From: Trichosphaerium sp. ATCC 40318
Lineage: Eukaryota; Protista; Tubulinea
Reading direction: 5' to 3'
Assembly (NCBI GenBank): GCA_038496445.1
Contig: JALMLS010000378.1
Coordinates: forward strand, 1-64,000
Length of the DNA stretch: 64,000 nt
The notes beneath the pieces were generated by a model, which saw nothing but the letters and a program-made list of their open reading frames with translations, made no database searches and was not told where the DNA came from. This document shows, one piece after another, positions 38,796 to 52,378 of this stretch. The first letter of the stretch is position 1. Each line of letters starts with the position of its first letter. The position numbers and the translations under genes are program-made.

Positions 38796-41700
38796 ATGAG
38801 TACCAAGCAGCATACCTTGCTGGTAATTGACAAGGGATTTGGCGGAATAAACGGGAACAGGTACAGATGTCTTGCTCGCGGGCCTTTTCGTGTGATTATG
38901 GTAGCAGGTACGCAATATATTAGTTTTCAGTTACTCAAAATGGGTTTTAGTGCCTGAACCAAGGCTAAACACTGATATTGAAGTCGGTGTAACTACACTC
39001 ACTAGCGCTAGTACGTTTAAAAAAGAAGCCTTATTTATTGAAATTATTGGTTTTTTTGTTTTAAAAACGTGTGTAGTTACAGAACACGATCCCGACGTAC
39101 TCGTTGTGTGCAGTCGTGGTGGTCGTTATGCTGCGGAACTTGTAAACAGAGGTATCTGGAATGGCTGCGTTTTGTGCATTTCTTCGCTTTACGTACGCCA
39201 GTTGTTTATATTTTGGCGTAGGCGTGCTGGTAACGCTCTAATGTTTCGATTTAGACTTCACGAATAATCCGTCCCAACATTCCCATTGTTTTGTGTCACG
39301 TACGCCCACGATAGAGATTCGATTAAAAATCTAGCGAGAAAAGACGCCATTGTTTGGCGCGTGCACAGTGGTTTTGATTTTTTGCGAATCCTACAGTGTC
39401 GATCCAAGTTTTATTTCTTTTGATTATTCAGATCTTTTTTTTGAAAAGTTCTTATCTCAAAAACCCAATTACGTTTTATTCTTGTTCTCCTCTTAATTCG
39501 CTTAAAGGGCTTGCAAGATAGACTCAATACTATATACAGCGTTCGAGGGGATATTGAACAAGGGACTAAAAGGCTGGTTGAGTTAGTAGAAGTGGATGAT
39601 GACCATAATTTGACTACACTTTTGAGCACAAACAAGCTTCATGACTTGGTTTTTCGTGTCATTCAATTAAGAGACTCTATCACGCGTAGCAATAATATAA
39701 GCCCTAGCGAATCTATTTCAAACGTTGATACAACCTCTAATATTAGTGAACAGCACGTGGAGGACGAGTGGTGGGACGTGACAAAGGGCGCCGAATTATC
39801 TAGTGTTGTAAATAATGCGTCCTCTTCTTTGGCTCCACCCTTACCGCGTTCTGGTGCTTCCAGTGGAGCATCTTCTATCGCTTCTAGTCGATCTACATCT
39901 TGGGAAAGTAGCTCGTCTCACTCTTCATCAGGAACTGATTCGTCATCGTCAGAGTCTAGCGATACGTCAGATTCTCTTGAAATACCAGATGTCATTAAAA
40001 TGAACAAAACTCTTCGCATGCCTCGACGTATAAAGGCGATATACAAGGAATCCAGTATGTCGTAAATCGTCTTTATGGATATCTATCTAACGTCTTTGGT
40101 AGAATCAGGCTCTGCAAGCCCAACAGCCGGAGCCAAAGGCTCAACAGCTGGTGTTAGTTTAGCTGGCACTGAAGCAGAATTGGATATTAATGGTATTAGC
40201 AATGACTCATTTTGTGGATTGTATTTTAACAGTTTTGTTTTAGCTCAATTTGCTGACATTGACGCATACCTCGTAATGGCGCAAAAGGTTTTTCAAGATA
40301 CATACGAGTCAGAAAGCGCTCTCAAAGCGTTTGATAGCTCAGTGGCAGCTGCAAACGGTGTTTCTACATTGCATTCATCCAAGTGTAAGCGTGACATTTA
40401 CTTTCATATTTTTTGTGACATTTCCTCTTTAGCTTCTGAGACAAGAGTATCTAAACCAAGACTAGTACTGGGTGGCAGCGAAAGTACACCTAAGTCACCA
40501 AGTGCTAGGAAGAGATTGGTACCTAGCGTTGGGTCAGATGAAGGATCACTGAGCATTCCTGCAAGCATCACATTGAGGCCTATTGCGCACCCTGCATCTG
40601 GTAGGAGCAGTCGCAAGGATCAAAGTTCTAGTGATTCGCGTCAATCCCATTCCATGCGTTCTTCTTCGTCCTCATGGGTGCGAGGTGTCGTTAGAGACAG
40701 CTTTGATTTTGAGAAAGTACTCCTTGCCGTACCAAAGCACAGTGCGTCTCAGTTTTTCATATCTTTTTATTTTCGTCCCCTTCCTCTCTTTGATGGGTTT
40801 TTACAAACTTTGGTTGATAGGAAGTCACCCAAAGAATCCTCTACTTCAGAGTCCAAAGAAGAAAAGACGTTCTAGGAAGAAACTATCTAACCCAGAGCCA
40901 ATGAAACGCGAAAACATTTCACCTACACGGAAAAAAATGACCAAAAAAATGTCTGATCTGGACAGATTGAAAAAACTGGAAGCCGACACGTCAGCTGAGG
41001 AGTCATACGACCTAGAAATATCTTCTTCTAGCGATGAAAGCGTATACAATAAGCCAGCTAGAACACCTCTAGCCAAGTTAATTGCTATTCGAGATAATAC
41101 ATTAGGTACGTGCATGAATTCTTAAACAAACTGCTAACTAAACTGTTCCTAGCCTCGCGATCGACCGAGAATCAGACATACTCCAGCGAGTCTGCGAGCG
41201 TTCCTGCACTGACCAAGAAGCTACAAGAGTACGATAATGTAACGGAAGAGTCTTCGTTGGCTAGCGCATCGAAAAGCAAACGCCATGAGAATCACTCTAG
41301 GAGCAGCAGTGGTTCGAGTAATACTGAAATGTCTCGCACGTTTTCGTCGAAGCGTGAGCTAGCCGGCGGCATCAAGGACACGATCATGTCATTGAGCAGA
41401 CAAGCATCCGACGAAGAGATATCTGGCGAATCAGGAGAATCGTCTTGCGTTAGCACCAGTAGTGAGGAGGATAGTCGTGCTGCATATTCGCTTGCTAGCG
41501 ATAGTGGTGATGAAATTACAACTTTCATGACACGTGAAGATAACAAAACGCTGTACGTTCAAAAGAAGCAATTATTTTGATTTAACCAGCCACTTATCTT
41601 GCTTGTCTAGTCACCAATCTGATATATCTCGTTTCCCTTCCATGAGGGAAAGCACAGCGCCAGCACTTATAACAACAATAGTACCAGTACTAGGTATGAC

Positions 41701-43682
41701 GTAGCTGTTTGATCAAATTGCTCCCAATTTCTGATTTTGGGCTTTTTTTTGCTTATTGTTGTTAGGATGGTTGAAAATAAGTATTGTGAGAGCAAAGGAT
41801 ATGTCTAGCGCAAGCAGGCCAAACACTGCGGAAGCCTATTGTGTAATAACTTGCGGAAATTTTCGTGCACAAACACCACCTGTTAAGGTACAAGCAATCA
41901 GTATTTAATACCAGCATCTGACATGTTTAAGAACCTTTCTTGGGATTTCACGTTTGTCATTGAACTTACAGCTGCCAGCGGACCTATACAGGTTGATAAT
42001 CTTTTATTTTTTGGTATCTATATTTACTGTTGAGTTGTAGGTGCAGTTATGGCATTGTAGCGCAGCATCGCAAGATGATTACATTGGTCAATTTGTTATG
42101 CAGATTGATGACCTCACTGCAACATCTGCGCTTACCGAAACTTGGCATAAGACGTCCAGGTTAGAGCATGCCATACTTGTTGCTCATGCGTGGACACCGA
42201 GAGAGGTACGTACACAGATTTGTTCCTGCGCCAATCGAACTAACACAAAGTACTAGCATACGAATACAGAAACGTCAGTCCCAATGTCGATATCAGTGCC
42301 AACGTCTGATCAGTACCGAAACGAAACCGTTTTGACACTTGACGATATTAGTCAGTCAATGCGCGACACCATGAGCAATGTACCAGAAACCATTACGATA
42401 GAACAAGTGTCTCAACTACCGACTACTGGCTTAACCATGACTACACGTAATCAAGAAAACTGCTCAATGAGTGACCAGAGTAGTAGCGCTACAGCCTCCC
42501 CACCGCGTATGGTCGTGCCAGAGATTGATAAGCGAAGAGTAGAATTTGACAGCAATCATGATCACAAACCAAAGAAGAAATCTAGTTCAGCAACTCTGGT
42601 CCCCAAGATTCGCCCAAAGTCCAGCAGGCTATGGAGGCTTAGTTCCATGCGTCCTGCAAGTTCAAGGGAAAAATCGATGACTATACACGGTAATTGTAAA
42701 GCATTCATTCTTGATCATACTGTTGTAAGACTACAGCACGATAAACGCCTTCACAACGTACGTTTCATATTGCGATTTATATCGATAAAAAAAAAAAGCA
42801 ATGCGGACTTTCTATTGTCAAAAGCATACCACCACTCACGTGTTTTATTTTTAGATATTTAAAATCCTTATAAAAAAGGATGGTAACGCATGGTCAGTAT
42901 ACAGAAGGTATTCTCAGTTCATAAAATTACAAAAACAGGTAAGTACTGTATTGCAATCAAATTCAAGTTGCACAAAATTTCTTGTTGAGCAAAGGCAAAC
43001 TTTGAACTCACTATTTTTGCACTAGCTGTTGCAAGGGTACAAGGGATCATTCGAACATGTCAAATTCAGCAGGCGGCGGATAAATAATTTGAGTCCACAT
43101 CACGTGGACAAGCGACAAAAGAAGCTTCAAAAGTGGTTATCTAACATCCTTCAAGCAGATGTCATACTACGAGATGCAAACCTCACCAAATTTTTAACAC
43201 TTAACAGAGTTCAAGAGCCCAAACTACACACAACCGAACACGTTGGATATTTGTATCGAATTATTGCACGAAAGTACCTAAAAAGACATGAAGTACGCAA
43301 AATATGGGTGTCGCTCAGGAACGGTGTGTTGTACAAGTACAAATCCAAAAAAGATAAACATCCATACAGCATGACGGATCTCAAAGTCAGCACCATAAAA
43401 CGGACTACACGGGAAGAAGACATTATGCTACACTTGGACACGAAGCAAGAGACTCAATCGGCCATGCACGTCTTGACAGACACAGGAAAGAGCTACTACT
43501 TTGCTGGCGCACAGCTCCACACGATTGATTGTTGGCTCAAGGCGATAAACAAGACAATGCCAAAGATTGGAGGGGATAGAAGAGTCAGCGATGACACTGG
43601 GTCTTGTGATGAGGAGGAAGAAGAGGAATCACGTGTGCAAACCATTTTGTTGGGCGCACGAAAGACGATCTGGATTCAGTAG
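38796..43682 (+). CDS. Alpha/beta-hydrolase - Ser-rich linker - C2 - PX - PH fusion protein
   Basis: Nucleophile elbow PDVLVVCSRGG, acid LCHGLQD, His EVDDDH; C2 (GWLKISIVRAKD..DDYIGQF); PX (WSVYRRYSQF..KRQKKLQKWL..KFL); PH (HVGYLYR..WVSLRNGVLYKYK..CWLKAI). The spliced path stays in frame throughout. Confidence 0.75.
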
Positions 43683-44008
43683 AAGGTGAACCACAACACA
43701 AAAACAAACAGAAAAAAAAGAAACAATCTGAGCTCACGCTTGATTCTCCGTTTCTAACTGTACTTATATATCCGAAAAAAGGGAGAGACAAACGTGGGTG
43801 GTGCAAGGAACGGGGAATAGAGTCATGCCGTTGGTAAAGCACGATATCGTGTATGGTGCAGTGTGGCGAGGAATGTATTGTATTATAGAAGTACCTATTT
43901 TGTAGATAACAACCAATTTCTTAATATAAGCTAAACACCCACTCTCTTGTACATATTCATCAGCTTTCGTAAAACTTGTTTCAAAACAACAACAAAGGGC
44001 ATGTGCTT

Positions 44009-44632
44009 TTATTCTTGTGTAATCAGGTCTCCATTTTCAAAGTGGCGGTGTATATTCAGCGTGCCATTACTACTCCAGAACTTGAATTCTCCGTCCAGCT
44101 TGTCATTCACAAAGTAACATTGCTTTTGCAATACTCCAGTTTCGTACCACTCCTTGTATTCTCCATAAGCCCTGCCTTTATCAAAACACGACTCTTTTTG
44201 TAATTGACCATTCCAGTGCCAACGCTTGTATTGTCCGTGCCGCTCTCCTTTCACATAGACAAACTGCTCCCACAGTTGATGGGAGTCAGCTTTGTTGTAC
44301 CAGCGCCTATAAAGACCGTCTCTTTTTCCATTGTCATAGCAACACTGCACAGCCACCGTGCCATCCTCATACCATTCTTTGGACTCGCCGTGTAGCACTC
44401 CATTTTGCCATCTTTCTTGCTTTGTTTTGTGGTAGGTAGGCGCTGCTTTATGATTTGTGGTTGTTGCGCTAAATTGTAGCCATTTGCCATGTTTTTGTAA
44501 TTTACCATCAAACCTTGTGGTTGTAGCTGTATGTTTGGACAATAAACTCCATTTTATAAATACTTCTGGCTCTAATTCTAAAATACCAAACTGTAACTCA
44601 ATTGGAAGAATGAGTAGATAGCATAACGACAT
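44009..44632 (-). CDS. Intronless F-box-like + MORN-variant (YwqK-type) repeat protein
   Basis: N-terminal LPIELQFGIL, followed by repeats G..K.WYE.G......Y..GK.DG. Confidence 0.85.
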   Translation of the reverse strand: MSLCYLLILPIELQFGILELEPEVFIKWSLLSKHTATTTRFDGKLQKHGKWLQFSATTTNHKAAPTYHKTKQERWQNGVLHGESKEWYEDGTVAVQCCYDNGKRDGLYRRWYNKADSHQLWEQFVYVKGERHGQYKRWHWNGQLQKESCFDKGRAYGEYKEWYETGVLQKQCYFVNDKLDGEFKFWSSNGTLNIHRHFENGDLITQE

Positions 44633-44788
44633 AACAACAAGAATAAAAATTGTAGGCTATCAGAATTTATTTGACGTAAAGCAACTCCATTTTTTCTTTC
44701 AGCAAAGTAATGATAATTGCTCTTTTGGTACATTATGACCTTCCGTTTTTAAAGTGAAAAAGAACCAAGTCATTTTGACTTGAAGCAT

Positions 44789-46333
44789 TTAGAATGGGCT
44801 ACATGCCCTTGCGTCCTCTCCTTGAGGCCAATCTTCAAAGTGGGTAACAACCCAAGTATTGTGTAATTTAGTCATAGCTTGTTTAGTAATATTGCAGTCA
44901 GTAACATCTATCCATCTCAAGTTGTTCATTGAAAAAATGCCAACATCTGTAATTTGATTACATTTTTTAAGGCTTACTTCTCTGGCACTTCTAAGGTATC
45001 CCAGCCCTTTATCTGTAATATGTTCACATTCATCAAGTATTAAACTCCGTACTTTCGCAAGATAACGCAAACCATCATCTGTGACTTGTACACATGCCAT
45101 TCTAAGTGAATCAACATTTCCAAGAGTTTTTATGCCTTCATCACTTATTTCTGTGTGAGATATAGATAGACTGTGAACGTTCTTTAGGTGTTTAATACCA
45201 CTATCTGTGATAAAATAGCATGCATTAATACTTACACTATGAGCATCCTTTAAAATCTTGAGTGAGTTGTCAGTTATGTCAGTACAATCAAGACTGATTT
45301 CATTCACTCTTTTAAGTTCTTTTACACCAACATCTGTCACACTTGTACCTGATAAATGTATTGTTTGAACACCACCTGCTAGTGCGATTACGCCAACATC
45401 AGTTACTTGAGTATCATTCAAGTTGAGTGTATTTGCTCCTGCCAATAGAGATATACCTTCATCTGTTATTTTATCACATTGTGAGAGATTAATACTGTGC
45501 ACTCCGGCTAGAGCTGAAAGACCATAATCTGTCACATTTGTTCCTGAAATATTAATAGAATGTATGCCTGCAAGGCGTCTAAATCCAACATCAGATAAAT
45601 TCTTAATATCTATTAATCCAATGTGAGTCAATGCTTTTGGAAGATAAGACAAAAAGTTATCACTAACAGATTGACAATATTCAAGTGACAACTTGCTTAG
45701 ATTTGTAAACAATCTGAAATCATCCAAGCTTAGTGGTAAATGAAAGGCTGTAAGGCAAGATAAATTAGTCAAATATGAAATAAGATGACTACCATATGAG
45801 GTTGTGAGTCCTAGATTAAGAGACTTGACATGAGAAACTGTCTCCAGAGTGTCAACATAGTACATATTAGAAATATCGATTGTATGTAATCCTTCAATCT
45901 TTGGAATGTTGTATAGATGTTTACAACTAGAAATACTTAGGGTATGTACTCCTTTGAGTGCTCTGAGCCCATTAGTCGTGATATGTGAACAATGAGAAAG
46001 GTCAATTGATTTCCTCCCTTGAAGGTATTTCAATCCTTTATCTGTTAGTGAGCCTTTACATCCTCCAGGAGAAACAGTTACTTTTGCATTGCGTAGTATA
46101 AGGTAAGACTGAAGCCTACGAGCGTCTTCATCCCCTTTAATACAAACACTGCGGTAGCCGATGTGTTCAGCTATTATCGATGCAAATAACTTACAAGTAC
46201 GAGCGGCGCTATTCCTGTCGATGTCTGGAAGCGCTTTAAGAACAAAGACTTTGATTTCGACTGGTAAATTGTCTAAACACGTTGCTGTACTCTCCAATAC
46301 ACTACAAGGATTCAGTTGTTTTTTTGTTGCCAT
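44789..46333 (-). CDS. Intronless F-box + leucine-rich repeat protein
   Basis: LDNLPVEIKVFVL..AARTCK F-box, then >15 LRRs of the form ITDxGLxxLxGVHxIxLS. Confidence 0.9.
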   Translation of the reverse strand: MATKKQLNPCSVLESTATCLDNLPVEIKVFVLKALPDIDRNSAARTCKLFASIIAEHIGYRSVCIKGDEDARRLQSYLILRNAKVTVSPGGCKGSLTDKGLKYLQGRKSIDLSHCSHITTNGLRALKGVHTLSISSCKHLYNIPKIEGLHTIDISNMYYVDTLETVSHVKSLNLGLTTSYGSHLISYLTNLSCLTAFHLPLSLDDFRLFTNLSKLSLEYCQSVSDNFLSYLPKALTHIGLIDIKNLSDVGFRRLAGIHSINISGTNVTDYGLSALAGVHSINLSQCDKITDEGISLLAGANTLNLNDTQVTDVGVIALAGGVQTIHLSGTSVTDVGVKELKRVNEISLDCTDITDNSLKILKDAHSVSINACYFITDSGIKHLKNVHSLSISHTEISDEGIKTLGNVDSLRMACVQVTDDGLRYLAKVRSLILDECEHITDKGLGYLRSAREVSLKKCNQITDVGIFSMNNLRWIDVTDCNITKQAMTKLHNTWVVTHFEDWPQGEDARACSPF

Positions 46334-46423
46334 GATAATGCGGAACGTTAGCCATGTAAAGAAGTACAAGGACTTTTTTGCAGATTATTTCCGTCTATTC
46401 AGCAAACCAGCTGTTTTACTTCT

Positions 46424-47777
46424 ATGGCGGCGTCATCTCTATTTTCGATAGCTCTAGTACATCACAAAGGCAAATTCGTGGCTGTTAAGGAATCTAGGGG
46501 CTGGTATTTACCGGCCGGCAAGTACGATGCTTTTTTGGGTGGGACAACATCTAAAACAGCGTAGGGTGGATCGTGGGGAAGGTTTTGCAACTGCGGGATG
46601 CAGGTACCTACAAACCAACGCATTCACAAAGAAAAATTGCTGACAGTTGTTTAGAGAGTGCGTGGAAGAAGCAGGTACCGTCAAAATACAGACGTTAACG
46701 TCTAAATATCCTATTCAAGGCATAGATATAATACTAGAGCGCCTTCTTCGTGTCGACTTTACACAGCGTGGTGGTACGCGTATGAGATGTATTTTCCTCG
46801 CCAGACCAAAAGACCCAAAGTCGCCGCTGAAAACAGTGCCAGACGAAGAGTCTGAGTTCGCCAAGTACGACCTCCTGTAACTATATTGTTTGGTTTTTAA
46901 TCACGTGTGTAGGTGGTTGACAGCAAAAGAATATGATGCCGTACCGTCATCTGTACACGTGATAATATTTACAGCAACTGACGTCACATGATAGGAATTA
47001 CGTGGTGCAGAAGGTCCTAGGCTTATTAGCTGGGCGAGTGCGCTCATAGAAGACAAAAAATTGGAATATTTTCCTCCTGTGCAAGGAGTACTAGAGGAGA
47101 CTGAGTTTTCCAAGATTGACAGAGAATACAAACGGTACAAACTTTGTAGTTTATTCGCCTAATATAGTGCTTAAAATGAATGAAAAGGGTAAATGTGACT
47201 TATGGCCTGGCCTGTGTTATACGCACTAAAAGTGGTGATACAGTGTGGGACACCACAGAGAGTTCAGGCTGTCTCCCTTATATTAGGTATACTTTTGGAA
47301 TACTGTGGTACTTGTACTTACTCTATAGGTTGAGTGGAGGTATCACTTTCTTGCCAACTTTTAAAAAAAAACTGCACGTCCAGGTACTGTCTTGTCTTTA
47401 TCAACAGCTATAAATAACTATAAACTAGCTTGGTGTGAAAAAGGATGATGTTGTTTTGGATGGTGTTTTAAAAGTGCGTTGGCTCTACCTGTACTGAACT
47501 CACTTGAACAAAAACTAACGCCCTATTCATTACATAGATTGTATTCAAAGCAACATCTATTGATGATGCTGACTGTCGTGTTATTTTCTTGGCTAAACTC
47601 AAGAAGGGTGTGAAACTAGATACTAAAAAATACACTTGCTCTGCTACACCACCTGATGGAGTGCCAGCGGACGATATTGCCCTCGTGGACTTTGCTTCAA
47701 CAAATCCAAAGACGTATGATCCAAAAATCCTGATTAACACAGAATATGCTCCGTTGTGGACTGGAAAAGAAAGCTAA
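46424..47777 (+). CDS. NUDT18/MTH3-like Nudix hydrolase with a second degenerate domain
   Basis: WYLPAGKVDRGEGFATAGCRECVEEAG Nudix box; RCIFLARP..LKTVPDEESEFAKW..ELRG. Confidence 0.8.
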
Positions 47778-47855
47778 AGCAAATCCAATCTTAAAGTATT
47801 TTACTAGTAAAAAATATGTAACTCTTTGTTGTTTTGAGAGTGTGGTCTCTTTTAT

Positions 47856-50800
47856 TTATTTCTTAATTTCATGTGGTACATTGAGTTGTTCCAAAATAAA
47901 TGAGTATTCGAATGCAATTTCTTTCAAATAATCATATCTACCAGAAGCGCCTAAGTTGTATTTTTAGTTAATTTTTTTTTCTTGTTGTTCAAACAAAAAG
48001 TCAAGGATAGTACCAGAGTGACCTTGATCCATGTTTGTTTTGAGGAGTAATAAATTTTTGTCTGCCTTAGTTGCACGTAATTTGGCTACGTATTTAGCAG
48101 CCTCCCAGTATTGGACACGTGGATCATTGAGCCCTATTTTGTGAACCAAGTTAATTTAAAAAAAATGAGGAACAAACAAACTTTTGTTTGGGTTTTTTAG
48201 ATGTTTGTACCTGCAAGGACAAGAGCACTAGGGTAATTAACAGGTTTTATATTATCGTATGGAGAATAACTGAGCATGTATTCAAAATAAGTCTTGTCGT
48301 TAGGATTACCCCATTCCTCGTATCTACAACTCGTCAAAAACAAATTTCGCAACAATATTGTCAACAAATCAAAATTATACTACTACGTACTCTACTACTG
48401 TCAAAGGTAATTGATCATCGAGCATAGTATTAACTACATCAACGAAAGGTACCTACGGAGACTAAGTTAAGTACAAAGTTGAGAGCACGCAGAATAATAA
48501 GAAAAATAGAGGAACGACAGACGTACATCAAGTATAGCTGCACGGAACAACTGTGGTGCCATATTAACGACAGCACCAATAAGTAGACCTCCTGCAGAAC
48601 CTCCTTGTATAGCTAGTTTATCTGATGTTGTATATTTCTAAAGGGAGAGGTGAGTAGAAACTGGCTTACACTAAAACGTTTAACTAAAAAAGTTGGTTGC
48701 GTACTTGTGCCAATAGGTGTTCAGCAACTGAGATAAAGTCCTTGAAGGTATTCTGCTTTTTTAGATACTTACCATCCTCATACCATTGGCGGCCCATTAT
48801 ACTGCTCCCTCTAAGTTCAAACATGAGAAACAAAGAAGAAGATCAAGTAGAGACAAGATATGCTTGTACATACCTGATATGTGCAATAGCAAACACAAAG
48901 CCACGGTCAAGTAAGCAAAATCGATTGGCATTAAATGTAGGATCAATAGTATAACCATATGAGCCATAACCATATAAGAATCCTGGGTTTGAACCGTCTT
49001 TTTTGAATAGAGATTTTTTATAAACAAGAGAAACAGGTATCTAAAACAAACACGTTTAGCTCAATGTTTTTTGTTGAAACAATAGTTCTAATACCTTGAC
49101 GCCATCGTGTCCAGTAGCAAATATTCTCTCGGATTTATACAAAGAAGCATCATATCCACCTAACACCTAAATAATTCGGTGAAAACCAGATTACTTTGGA
49201 TCGAGCGATAATCTTACTTCTTCTTGTTTCTTCAAGTACTTGACACGATTCGACATGTCATACTCGTATACTGACTTTGGTGTTGTCATGGAAGAGTACA
49301 TAAAGCGCACATAGTCTGTGTCATACCTAGTGGGAAACATCGTGTTAACACGAAGAAAAGACAAAGGAATCTTAGTAATTTCGTACTCGGCATTGATTGA
49401 GGAATAAACAAAGTAGCAAGGTTCGTCAAACTCAACGTGATGAGAATTAGATGGTTGCCATATATTTGCACGCATAAGGCCATCTATACGCTCCCATAAC
49501 TGTTTAGCATGATTAGCGTTATTTCAAATTTTCTTAAAACACGTGCCACTAAATGACGCTTAAAAACATCTATGTTTCGAGATAGTTTAACATTTTTCCT
49601 GTGAGGAATAACTTCCTTCCAACTTTCTTGTGATTTAGGATCTACTTTATCCTGGCAATCAGATATGTTAGTTCTTATTCAACAATATCTCATGAGCCGT
49701 ACCACTTCGACTGACATAAGCTTAAAATTAAGTGCATCTTGGTTTGTACAAACATAAAAGGTTCCTTCTTTGTGGTAGACGCTATACTAAAAAAAGGACA
49801 TGTGTCAGAAATAGATACTTGTTTTTTCATTGAATATTTTTATGTATGTATGTACCTCTACGTCTTGAGTTCTTGGATAGAATAGTTTTGGTTCTGCGGC
49901 AACATCACTAGCATCAAAATATCTTGCTTCAGTTGTCACAGCGCTTTCTGCGCTAATAATAATATACTTTTCATCTGATGTCTTTTCTAATCCAACATGA
50001 AATCCGTCATCTTCCTCTAAAAAAAAAATTACAACCTTACATATAACTGGCTGATTATACCATGGAATATGACAGAATCTTCTTCTTTCTGACCCATAGT
50101 ATGTCTTAAAACCTTATATGGTCGATCAGCATCATCGCGTACTGTATAACATTAGTACAAGTGAAACCATGCTTCAGCCAAATATCTTAAAAACGTACTG
50201 GTGTAAAATATTGTTTTGTTGTCATTGCCCCATTCCAAGGAATCTGTGTTTGTTATAGACTCGGATGATGTCTCACCAGTTACCAAGTTCTTAAATTGTA
50301 TCATGTACTGCTCATTTCCTTTTTTTTAGCACCGTATTAGCACGTTGCAATGAACATACAAACATAGCAAAATCCAAGAAACAACATCAAAGCATTTGTT
50401 TACCTTCAAAGTCTACAGAATATGCTAACGTCTTATGATCCGGACTTACATCATACTCTCCTAAACTACAAAACGAGTGACCTTCAGCCAAGTCATTGAC
50501 ATCGAGCAGTAGCTGTGAATCGATATTAGTTCACTTTTCTTCTTGTTTCGGATTTAATTGTTTTTACGGCTATGTACCTCCTCTTTGGCCGTTTTTAATT
50601 CATTTTCGTTTGCAGCTAATTTCCTGCAATAATATTTGTATTGCTTACCCTCCTCTGTTCGCGAGCTATTCACAAAATATTAATTTAGAATTCGGAAAAA
50701 AAAACAACCAAAGTAAAAAAAGGTGTCAACGCACTAATAGTAGTATGGACCGTATTTGTATGGTACTGATAAGTCAGTTTGTTTTAGTCTGCTGACCATT

Positions 50801-51348
50801 TCATTGTACAACTGCTCTCTGAATGCATCAGTGCTTGAAGTATGCGCTAAGGAATCCCGTTATTAATGGAATCATCAAAAATGGTTCTTTCGCTGGATGT
50901 TGACTAACCTGTTGTGTAAGCGTTCTCAGCGTTAAGATATTTTAGAACATCAGGGTTTTCCTTCTCTTTGAGCCAGTTGTAGTCATCCACAAGCTCGATA
51001 TCATGAACTTTCGTTACATGTGGTTTTTTGGCAGCAATAGGAGCTTCAACTATCAAACAGTGAGCATTGTGAGCGTAGACACTTGTTAGTATTTGAAAAA
51101 GCAAACAATGCGGCTAACCAACACCATTGTAATGAAAAAGGCAAAGATACGCTATTGCGAGCAATACTCCGACAACAAAGGATAGTGTAAGCGTTGAGAG
51201 CGAAAAGGAGCGTACTTGGTACAGCAGTAGACATGAGACGCACTACAAGTGGTTTTCTTGATTGCGACGAAGTTACGCAACGATTACCGTAGACTTTAGC
51301 GAAATTACCGTGTAAATTCGTACGTTTCGCGAAAGCGCGTCTTAGCAT
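47856..51348 (-). CDS. Oligopeptidase B (S9A) with mitochondrial-type presequence
   Basis: [83 protein letters not shown] and GHSG; many introns. Confidence 0.95.
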
Positions 51349-51491
51349 TATACTGAGTTTATATTTTTGCTTTGTTAAGGGACAACTTAGCGTTAAAAAA
51401 AACTAAACGCGTGCTATCGCAACTGGTTCGTAACATGTCTTAAAACGTAACACACAAGGCGGCCAGTATTTTTTTTGATCTCAAAAACCAA

Positions 51492-52254
51492 TTAAACAGG
51501 CTGGGGTATAATTATACATTGTTCTTTTTTTTTTTTTGTGAATGTCAGGTTTGTTTTCCAATGTGTCAATCAAAAATGTATTTGTCCTTGGATTTATCCA
51601 CAAGTACTTAAAGATGAACTTTGTTGCCTTCCATTGATATATACATCCCTTTCCATATATGATCGTAGTCTAGGGGAAAAAAAGGTATTAGCGATGCAAC
51701 GCAAACAGACTTAAAAAAAATCTAATGAACTTACTGTACTGCGGTAGGTATAATCCTTTCCATACTTCTTCTATGTAAGGTTTGATCATGTGACCTGATA
51801 GATTGTACACCCAGCTTGCCAATAAACCACACAATATACTTGGTACAAAGAAATCAAAGCAGTAGTACTAGATGAGCGTTAAACAATGTCACAAATCAAG
51901 GTTTTTTGGAACGTACAATTATTTTGGATTTCCTTGATAGTGTTCCTGTATCTCCCGTCCTTTTGGCTTGACGGACATACCTACGCGTATCGATGCCATA
52001 GAAGTCTGTCAAGAATAAGAGCCAGCCTCCAAAACCAGTTTTGAAAAAGACCTCATTCCCTTGCAAGTTGTAAATACACAGCGTATGCATCAAGCTACGA
52101 TCAATTAAATAGCCAAGAGCAAACCCAAGGCTTGTTGGTATTGCCGCCTCTGCAACCCACCGCATAAACTGCCTAGGAACGCGTAAGGGTTTGTATAGCG
52201 TTATTACGCGTACTTTAGTGTCCGAGGTGGCAGGTAAATCGGTTTAGATGCCAT
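51492..52254 (-). CDS. Hypothetical small membrane protein
   Basis: Four-exon in-frame path MASKPIYLPP..IIPQPV* with 2-3 hydrophobic segments. Confidence 0.55.
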
Positions 52255-52378
52255 TATGTGACCTCACTAGCTATAATTGATCTATAATTGATGGCTCAGC
52301 CGTGTGTAGGTGACTGATAGCGCCAGTGAGAATCACCAAAACTGTGGAGCTAAATGCTTATGTATACGCAAACGCTCT

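Noticed and set aside
44009-44632. Bacterial YwqK toxin-antitoxin module
   Set aside because: There is no toxin partner, and the F-box-like N-terminus points to a eukaryotic or viral ubiquitin adaptor.
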